Shown here one piece after another: positions 24,802 to 31,580 of a stretch of DNA of 31,580 nucleotides (positions are counted from its first letter, which is position 1; every line of letters starts with the position of its first letter). The position numbers were made by a program, and so were the translations under genes. This DNA is from a virus (lineage: Duplodnaviria > Caudoviricetes): IMG/VR virus record IMGVR_UViG_3300026851_000046, positions 1 to 31,580 of that record. The stretch is one strand, 5' to 3'. The notes beneath the pieces were generated by a model. The model was not told where the DNA came from and did not search any database. It worked only from the letters and a program-made list of their open reading frames with translations.

Positions 24802-25206
24802 ATGAATCGTTTCCGAATTGTCGAAGCTACGCTGACCGCGGAGCTTGCGAAGCCGTATGCATATGGCACGGCTGATTGCTTCTTCATGGGCTGCGCGATG
24901 ATTGACGCACTCACAGGGGCAGAGACTGCCAAGAAGTATCTCGGCAGCTACAAGACCCTCGCGGGTGCCCAGAGGGCGCTCAGGAGGCGCAAGCACAAGT
25001 CTCTGGTGACATTCTTCGCCGCCGAGCTGGATCAGCAGTCCAAAGGCGCCGCTGAGGCGAGGTTGGGCGATCTCGTCATCCTTCGCCTTGCTGATGGCGC
25101 CGAGCATGTCGGCATCTGTCTCGGAACACGCTTCGTCACGAAAACACCGGACGGCCGGCAGGACTACGGCCTCGGGGAAGTTATCGCCGCCTTTCACATC
25201 GGATAA
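24802..25206 (+). CDS. NlpC/P60-like tail assembly protein (DUF6950-like)
   Basis: PYAYGTADC...ARLGDLV...HVGIC. Confidence 0.8.
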   Translation: MNRFRIVEATLTAELAKPYAYGTADCFFMGCAMIDALTGAETAKKYLGSYKTLAGAQRALRRRKHKSLVTFFAAELDQQSKGAAEARLGDLVILRLADGAEHVGICLGTRFVTKTPDGRQDYGLGEVIAAFHIG

Positions 25207-25212
25207 TCGCAA

Positions 25213-28065
25213 ATGATCTTCACCGCTATCGGGACGGCGATTGCCGGAGCGCTATTTGCTGGCTCTACGCTTGCCGCCACTCTGATCGGCGGCGCATTGG
25301 CGTTCGGCACCAGCCTCGCATTCAGCTATCTCAAGCGCCCCAAGAAGCGCACCTATACTGCTGTCCAGGGTGAAACGCAGTACGGCGGCGATATCGACGT
25401 TCAGGCCCTATTCGGCCATGGCAAGACCAAAGGCCAGCGCACCTATTATGCAAAGTGGGGGCAGGGCAACAAATACAATGCCGAGGTTTTTGTGCTTGCC
25501 AACGGCTGGTGCGACGGCCTTTTCGATTACTGCTTCGTCTATGGTGAACGCCGCGCGTTGATCCAGGTTGGCAACGTCGGCGGCGAAGCTGCGCACTACC
25601 ACGTTGACGGGTTCAGCGACAAGATTTCTATCCGTTTCTACGATGGTCGCCCCGGTCAGCCGGTTGACGCCAAGCTGGTTGCTGACACGGCGGCTTTGGG
25701 CAACACGTGGAAGAACACTAGCGTCAATGCTGGCCTGTGCTATGTGATTGTCGAGCGCCTTTACGACAGTGCGCTTTTCGAGAAAGGCAAGCCAGAATTT
25801 GAATGGGTCATGCGTGGTCTGCGCGGATATGACCCTCGTAAGGATTCGACGGTTGCCGGTGGCTCCGGCCCGCAGCGCATCAACGATCCTGCAACATGGG
25901 TGTTCACGCGCAACCCGGCTGTGCATCGCCTGAACTATCAGCTCGGCCTTCGGGCGATGAACTCCGGACGCACCCTGATTGGTGAGGGCAAGTCGCTCGG
26001 TCAACTGGATCTCGCAACTTACTTCGTCGCGATGAACGTCTGCGACACCGTGAAGGCTGGCAAGCCCACTTATGAGTGCGGGCTGTGGGTCAATGGCGCC
26101 GACGACCATACCGAAGTCCTGAAAGAGTTTGAGGACGCGATGGCAGGCTATGGCCTGAACCGTCGCGGCCTGTCCGGTGTGATTGCTGGTGCACCTCAGA
26201 TCCCGGTGCTGGAAATCACCAAGGATGATCTCGATACCGGTCGGTCGAGCGAATACCAGTTCAGGAAGTCCGCTTTCGAGCGGTATAACCATATCTCCGG
26301 CCAGTTTCTTTCGATCGAGGACAACTGGAACCCGCAGAGCCTGAAGCCTGTCTATTCAAATGCCGATGTGGCAGCGGATGGCCGCAACCGGCAGACCAGC
26401 AACGATTTCCTTCAGGTCACGGACCCGGATATCGCCCAATACCTCCTGACGATCCGGTACCGCCAGAACCGCATGGGCGGCACGGCTGCTTTGCCTGTCA
26501 GCCTCCGCGTTGGCCTGAAGGTTCAGGAAGGCGAGTGGATCGTCTGGAATGGCCGGACATGGATGATCTCCGAGTGGCTGTGTGACGAGAGCTTCAACAT
26601 CACGTTGCGGCTTTCTGAGACTAGCGCGGACATCTACGACGATGGCGGCATTGATCCCGGCCCGGTGGTCATTCCGCCGACGCCGCCGATCAATCCTTCG
26701 ATCCTGACGACCGTACAAGACTTCGCGGTTGAAACCGGGATGATTGAGGGTGCAGAAGGATTCCAGACGCCAGTTCTCCGGTTCTCCTGGGACCCGCCGC
26801 AAGACCCGTCGATTGTCGAAGTGATCCTTGAGTTTCGGATCAGCGGCCAGACGACGATCTATACCGATGTCTGCAAAGACCCTGAGACTGTGAATGAGTT
26901 TGGGCGCGTAGAATATCAGACGTCGAAGGATGTGATCTCGGGTGTGTTTTACAACGCGCGAGCTACCATCCGTACCGTTCCTGACCGGTTCAAGACCTTC
27001 ACGCCTTGGGTCACATCGGCCAACGTTACCGGCAATCAGACGGTGTTCGCAGAGGTCGACCTGTCGAATATTGAAGATGCTCTCGGCTGGCTGCGCAACA
27101 GCACCAGAACCGCACAGGATGCCATTGACGGCCTTATTGCGGGCATGATGGAACTGTCGACGGTTGCCTATAAAGACACGCGCAAAGTAGCCACAGAGCT
27201 GTCCGTGGAGCTTGGCGCTGCGCGAGCATCCTTCACTCAGGATTTGCAGCTTGCGGTAAGCGAGACACAGGCAGTAGCGGGTCGAGTGGAAAACCTCACT
27301 GCGGCACTCGGAGGAAACTCTGCCTCGATCAACATCGCGTGGGCGGCTGTTGCAACATCGGCCGGCTATGAGGCGACGTACGGCATTCAGGCCGCCGTCG
27401 ATGATGGTGAATTCCGGTCATCGTCGTTCCTCATGGATGTTCCATCGAACCCCGCGAACCCGACGCGCATCATCATGAAGGCCGGTCAGGTCGTTATGGT
27501 GAGCGATGACGACGCCACCATAAAGCGGCCATTCGTTTTTCAATCGGGTGTGCTTTATCTCGATGAGGTCAGGGTCAACCAGCTTTCGGCGCTGTCGGGT
27601 GTCCTCGGCAACGTGGATATTTCCAGCGCCTATATCGGCAACCTGATCGTCGGCACGTCGAACATCGCGCAGGGCGTGGTTGTGGGGTACTCGTCGGGGT
27701 CTGGCTCTGACGGCACCGTATCAACTACCACGCTCACCACCGTTGCGACGTTCACAATTACTCATGGTTCCAATCAGCCCGTGCTCGATGTTTGCGCAGT
27801 CGCCAGAGCCGTTCAAGGGGGCGGCGACGGCGTCGCCTATCGCCTCATCTGCGCAAATGACAGTTCCGTTGTCTTCCCGACATCTCGCGTTTTCGCTGGC
27901 TCTGGCGCCGGATTTGGTGGCAGCAGCATATCGGCAGTTGGGGCCTACAAGGTGACGAACTCTCGCACATCGACAACTTTTGCACTCCAGATCGCCAAGG
28001 TCAGCGCTGGAGACGCATCCGCCCAAACTACAAACACCTTTTTCAAGGTTCTCGAAATCAAGTGA
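25213..28065 (+). CDS. tail tip / host specificity protein (950 aa)
   Basis: RGLRGYDPRKDST...NPA, AMNVCD, coiled coil and DUF1983-like PFVFQSGVLYL segment. Confidence 0.88.
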   Translation: MIFTAIGTAIAGALFAGSTLAATLIGGALAFGTSLAFSYLKRPKKRTYTAVQGETQYGGDIDVQALFGHGKTKGQRTYYAKWGQGNKYNAEVFVLANGWCDGLFDYCFVYGERRALIQVGNVGGEAAHYHVDGFSDKISIRFYDGRPGQPVDAKLVADTAALGNTWKNTSVNAGLCYVIVERLYDSALFEKGKPEFEWVMRGLRGYDPRKDSTVAGGSGPQRINDPATWVFTRNPAVHRLNYQLGLRAMNSGRTLIGEGKSLGQLDLATYFVAMNVCDTVKAGKPTYECGLWVNGADDHTEVLKEFEDAMAGYGLNRRGLSGVIAGAPQIPVLEITKDDLDTGRSSEYQFRKSAFERYNHISGQFLSIEDNWNPQSLKPVYSNADVAADGRNRQTSNDFLQVTDPDIAQYLLTIRYRQNRMGGTAALPVSLRVGLKVQEGEWIVWNGRTWMISEWLCDESFNITLRLSETSADIYDDGGIDPGPVVIPPTPPINPSILTTVQDFAVETGMIEGAEGFQTPVLRFSWDPPQDPSIVEVILEFRISGQTTIYTDVCKDPETVNEFGRVEYQTSKDVISGVFYNARATIRTVPDRFKTFTPWVTSANVTGNQTVFAEVDLSNIEDALGWLRNSTRTAQDAIDGLIAGMMELSTVAYKDTRKVATELSVELGAARASFTQDLQLAVSETQAVAGRVENLTAALGGNSASINIAWAAVATSAGYEATYGIQAAVDDGEFRSSSFLMDVPSNPANPTRIIMKAGQVVMVSDDDATIKRPFVFQSGVLYLDEVRVNQLSALSGVLGNVDISSAYIGNLIVGTSNIAQGVVVGYSSGSGSDGTVSTTTLTTVATFTITHGSNQPVLDVCAVARAVQGGGDGVAYRLICANDSSVVFPTSRVFAGSGAGFGGSSISAVGAYKVTNSRTSTTFALQIAKVSAGDASAQTTNTFFKVLEIK

Positions 28066-29661
28066 GTTTCTGAGGGTACCGGCTGGCTGACGGCAGTTGC
28101 TGGCCTGACGCCGATCAAGGCCGGTGATAAGTACGGCATTCACGTCGGGCGCCCGATCGTGATCGAGCAGATCATCAGCGACACGGAGCTGTTGCTTGCC
28201 GATGATTGGCCCGGTCCTGCTCAGACGGACGCGCCTTACAAGATTGAGTTGACTAACCCCACGATCGTGGCTGTCGAGACGATGCGGCGGCTTATGCTGA
28301 GCCTTAGTGGCGGCAATCTTTCCAGCATCGCTGAAACTTCTGTTGGTACTGATGACCTCCTGATCGGTATCGGTCCCGGCGTCTTTAGCACGATCAACAA
28401 AGCAGCGCTGGTCCAAGGCGTCGAATACGATGCGTTTGTGGCAAACCTGGCGGGCAGGGCGGCTTATAATGGCGCCGCCGCTGGTTTCGCTGTGCTGGTC
28501 ATCGATATCGGAGATGGCCGGTCTGCGCTTTATTTCAAGAACTCGGCAACGTCGGGGGATTGGAGCGCGCCGTCTTACATTACCGGTCCCGCTGGTCCTG
28601 CCGGCGTAACGTGGCGGGGAAACTACAGTGCGGGTACAGCCTACGCGATCCGCGATATCGTTCAGTACGGCGGCTCCACATGGATCGCTAAGGTGGAGAC
28701 CACTGGTAACGCGCCGCCCACGCTTCCGACGACCGAGAACACGCAATGGCTGCTGTTCGCGCGCTCCGGTACGGCAGGCGTCGTGGATCGCGGCGCTTAC
28801 GCTGGTGCGACGACTTATGAGGCGAATGACATCGTTCTCGACAATGGCTCGACGTGGCTAGCTCGGCAAACGACCACCGGCAACGCGCCTCCAACCTTGC
28901 CGACCGAGAGTGATGCCAATTGGCGGCTGCTGGCGCGCAAGGGAACTGATGGCACGGGAATTGGCGATGTTGTCGGTCCTGCTGGTGGCGTTGCGGTCAA
29001 TGACTTGGCGGTCTTTGCAGATACAACCGGCAAGCTTCTCAAGAAGGCACCAAACAACGTTGTCGGCAATACACTTTTGTCGCAACTCACCGCGCCTGCG
29101 ATCAAAGGGCGTTTTACGGCCGGAACCGGTGATGTCGAGGATTTGACGCCTGCGCAGGTGCGTCAACTGCTAGGTGGCTGGGAGCCTATCGTAACGATTG
29201 ATCTAAACAGCGGGACTAATGCTGTTGTGACCAACCTCTCTCCCTTCTACTCGATTAGAATCACTCATAGAGCCGCAGTGTCGGTCGGTGGATATACCGG
29301 TGTTCAAGTTTCAACAGATAACGGAGCGACTTTCTTAACAGCGACAACGGACTACAGGTACAATCTTGTCGATAACCTATTCAACGGTTCGACATCGGCG
29401 GTATCTGGCGGGGATGGCGGGATAGCTTCGATGCTGCTTGGAAACGAAGATTCATCAGGGGTTGTTACGATATCAGCATTCAATGCGCCGGTTGCCGCTT
29501 ATGCGATCGGTCAAACAGTATTTGATACAACAACAGGCAGAGTCGGTCGCCATGTAGGTCACCGCATACAAAGTGCAGTGCCACGAAACGCAATCAGGAT
29601 TTTGGCGTCGTCTGGATCCTTCCTTTACGGGAAATTTTTCATAGAAGGAATTCGCGGATGA
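28066..29661 (+). CDS. tail fibre, N-terminus apparently deleted
   Basis: Frame open from 28066 (EGTGWL...) with no good start; GPAGPAG; CBM-like repeats; GDVVGPA...LAVFADTTGKLLK. Confidence 0.75.
   Translation, partial: VSEGTGWLTAVAGLTPIKAGDKYGIHVGRPIVIEQIISDTELLLADDWPGPAQTDAPYKIELTNPTIVAVETMRRLMLSLSGGNLSSIAETSVGTDDLLIGIGPGVFSTINKAALVQGVEYDAFVANLAGRAAYNGAAAGFAVLVIDIGDGRSALYFKNSATSGDWSAPSYITGPAGPAGVTWRGNYSAGTAYAIRDIVQYGGSTWIAKVETTGNAPPTLPTTENTQWLLFARSGTAGVVDRGAYAGATTYEANDIVLDNGSTWLARQTTTGNAPPTLPTESDANWRLLARKGTDGTGIGDVVGPAGGVAVNDLAVFADTTGKLLKKAPNNVVGNTLLSQLTAPAIKGRFTAGTGDVEDLTPAQVRQLLGGWEPIVTIDLNSGTNAVVTNLSPFYSIRITHRAAVSVGGYTGVQVSTDNGATFLTATTDYRYNLVDNLFNGSTSAVSGGDGGIASMLLGNEDSSGVVTISAFNAPVAAYAIGQTVFDTTTGRVGRHVGHRIQSAVPRNAIRILASSGSFLYGKFFIEGIRG
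28603..28944 (+). repeat. two 58-aa CBM5/12-like repeats in the fibre
   Basis: RG.Y....Y...DIV...GSTW.A...TTGNAPPTLPT....W.L.AR twice, 174-nt period. Confidence 0.8.
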
Positions 29662-30029
29662 TGGTGATAATCCATGACGCCGAAACAGGCGAAACTGTAG
29701 AGCGTCCAATGACGCCCGAAGAAATCGCGGAAATCGAGGCGATATCAGCCCCAACCCCCACCATCACCGACTACGAAAACGCAATCCAGAATCTTGTCGA
29801 CACCACCGCGCGCGAAAAACAGTTCCGCGATGGTGTGACGCTGGCGTCCTACACGGCGTCGACAAAACCCAAATGGGCGGCAGAGGCTCAGGCCTTCGTC
29901 GCATGGCGCGATAACGTCTGGTTCTATGCTTACGGTGAGCTTGCGAAGGTGCAGGCAGGCCAGCGGCCACAGCCCACCGTCGAGCAGTTCCTTGGCGAGA
30001 TCGCCCCCATCGCTTGGCCGGTAGCGTAA
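29658..30029 (+). CDS. tail fibre assembly/chaperone protein
   Basis: AIQNLVDTTAR...SY..ST.PKWAAEAQAFVAWRDNVW. Confidence 0.75.
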   Translation: MMVIIHDAETGETVERPMTPEEIAEIEAISAPTPTITDYENAIQNLVDTTAREKQFRDGVTLASYTASTKPKWAAEAQAFVAWRDNVWFYAYGELAKVQAGQRPQPTVEQFLGEIAPIAWPVA

Positions 30030-30064
30030 CCCGGCACCCATAACCACAATCAGGAGAACACGAG

Positions 30065-30496
30065 ATGCCCGTTTTCGGCGCCGCATCAATGAAGAACCTT
30101 GAGAAGTGTCACCGTCCATGTTCCAATCGCCGCCCCAGCGAAGCGGGATGCCCTTCTCCTTGGCAATCCTCATGACGATAGCGGCAAGCTTGGTGAAAGC
30201 CTTACGGTCGTTCCAGTCATACGGGAACGGGAATAGATCAAAGGCAATCGCCGGCACATAGTTGTGCGCCGACTGGCCGAACTTCGCCTTGCTCTTGCCT
30301 GTCTGGAACGCCCGGTTCTGCGCGTCACGGCCGCGCGTGCTGTCGAGAACCCGGAAATCAATTTCCTTGATTGCTTCCGTCGCGATCAGCTTCAGGCTGG
30401 GATGATAAGACCACGTCTGATGCATGGGATATGCCCCATTTCGAACTCCACCCATGGCGCGACTGGGCGAAGAAATCCCAGCTATTCGAAGGCTGA
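30065..30496 (+). pseudogene. M15-family peptidase endolysin split by internal inversion of 30112-30402
   Basis: Re-inverting gives an intact 143-aa ORF with SAH-x6-FD, RWGGDW and DMPHFE; AGGAG RBS. Confidence 0.92.
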
Positions 30497-30500
30497 TGTG

Positions 30501-30791
30501 ATGAAGTTCTTCATGGATCACAAAGCGTCCGCGGAGTGGGCGGTTCGGCGCCGCATTATCATCATTGCCCTCATCTGGTCTGCTGGCCTCGTGACGTACC
30601 TGGCTGTCTGGGGGCGGCCGATAGCTCTCAGCGATACCGTGGCCATGAACCTGATCCTGCTCATCGGCGGCATAATTGGCAGCTACGTGTTTGGCGCTGT
30701 CTGGGAGAAAAACACCCAGGTTAAAACCGACATTGCCCAGCAGGCCGTTGATCAGGGCGATACTGACACAACGGTAAAGGTGGAGCCATGA
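30501..30791 (+). CDS. holin (two TM helices)
   Basis: RRRIIIIALIW..., second TM ...GSYVFGAVWE; between endolysin and spanins. Confidence 0.75.
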   Translation: MKFFMDHKASAEWAVRRRIIIIALIWSAGLVTYLAVWGRPIALSDTVAMNLILLIGGIIGSYVFGAVWEKNTQVKTDIAQQAVDQGDTDTTVKVEP

Positions 30792-31135
30792 GCGTCCTGA
30801 CCTACATCTACATGGCCGTCGGCGCGCTGGCGATGCTGGCACTTGCCCATCTCTACAATGAGACGATCGACAACCCTTATGTTCGGCGCCAAGCGCTGTC
30901 CGGCTACGTCCAGCAGTCGGAGCGGGATGCGCTTCAGGCCCAGCTTGACCGAGAGCGCGAACTACGCACTGCCGCTGACCAATCCCTAGCCGCAGCCAGC
31001 AAGCGCGCTGACGACGCCACCAAGGCGAAACAGGCAGCAGAGGCCGTGATCGACCGGTTGGCCGAAGAAGCCGCCAAGGACGCCACCCTTTCCCGCCCTA
31101 ACGAAAGCGACAAGAAATGGCTATCCGAGCGCTAA
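30788..31135 (+). CDS. i-spanin (Rz-like)
   Basis: N-terminal TM plus coiled coil. Confidence 0.7.
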   Translation: MSVLTYIYMAVGALAMLALAHLYNETIDNPYVRRQALSGYVQQSERDALQAQLDRERELRTAADQSLAAASKRADDATKAKQAAEAVIDRLAEEAAKDATLSRPNESDKKWLSER

Positions 31136-31416
31136 TCCTCGCAGCCGTCGCGCTGCTGCTCATGAGCTTTACGGGTTGCCAAACGACCGGGCAACGTCTC
31201 AAGGCCGCATCCGTCGTCAAGGGCGAGACTGCCGCACGTCAGCCTGTCCTCATTCTCCCCGCCGCATGCACAGCACTGATGGAGCGCGTGAAGCTCCGCG
31301 ATGAGCCGTGGGTTATCCATTCATGGCGCTGGAACGTCGCCGCCGACAATCGCGACCAGTTGGCACGAGACTGCCAAGCGTGGGCCAATGATTACAATAT
31401 GAGGATTTCTCAATGA
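31117..31416 (+). CDS. o-spanin lipoprotein (Rz1-like)
   Basis: Signal peptide with FTGC lipobox, overlapping the i-spanin. Confidence 0.7.
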   Translation: MAIRALILAAVALLLMSFTGCQTTGQRLKAASVVKGETAARQPVLILPAACTALMERVKLRDEPWVIHSWRWNVAADNRDQLARDCQAWANDYNMRISQ

Positions 31417-31580
31417 TCGGTCTTGGACTTGGCCTGTCTCTCGGGGTGGCGGGTAGGGGTGGCAAAAAATATGATCCACTGGCCGCGGCTCTGTTTGTGC
31501 GCATGAGTGTCCAACCCGACCAGACACGGAAGACCCTGATCAACAGCCGCATCATTGCTGGCAAGGCAAAATCGTTCTGG
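31413..31580 (+). CDS. head spike/fibre protein, partial (runs off window)
   Basis: ATGA-coupled start MIGLGLGLSLG...YDPLAAALFVRM; frame open to window end. Confidence 0.55.
   Translation, partial: MIGLGLGLSLGVAGRGGKKYDPLAAALFVRMSVQPDQTRKTLINSRIIAGKAKSFW

Larger units (their letters stand above)
778..31580. mobile_element. defective lambdoid (siphovirus-type) prophage, right end outside window
   Basis: int, cI/cro, head, tail and lysis genes in canonical order; replication, terminase and most of portal absent. Confidence 0.95.

Noticed and set aside
28066..29661. Diversity-generating retroelement or invertible fibre cassette
   Set aside because: No reverse transcriptase, invertase, template repeat or inverted alternative fibre ends seen.
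14241..30029. Gene transfer agent or tailocin interpretation
   Set aside because: No terminase or portal, the tail tube and TMP are truncated, and int/cI/att are present, so this is a defective prophage.
29745..30842. 365-aa minus-strand ORF containing an M15 peptidase core
   Set aside because: Only the inverted 97 codons are real endolysin sequence. The flanks are antisense to the holin and fibre chaperone, and the DxPHxE motif is missing.

Overview
This window holds about 0.8 kb of alphaproteobacterial host DNA (probably Rhizobiaceae, inferred from gene types plus EcfG- and CtrA-type motifs). The rest is a lambdoid siphovirus-type prophage inserted in a tRNA-Ser(GCT) gene and running off the right edge. 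Gene order is int/xis, leftward early and recombination operon, immunity region (cI/cro plus accessory genes), head, tail with an arc/ant cassette, fibres, lysis. The prophage is defective in an unusual way. Most genes look intact and no IS is visible, yet at least five clean deletion junctions remove replication, terminase, most of the portal, the connectors, and the 5' parts of the major tail, tape measure and fibre genes. A precise 291-bp inversion splits the endolysin. Top leads: (1) a self-contained small RNA gene at ~20046-20176 built from ten exact-period GGY/GTY-NN pentamers, a candidate non-contiguous guide RNA with no visible effector; (2) a ~420-nt highly structured RNA plus a 145-aa gene in the immunity region; (3) an in-frame fusion that puts an Acb1-like anti-CBASS 2H-phosphoesterase right behind cro; (4) the endolysin inversion. 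All family names come from recalled motifs, not database searches.
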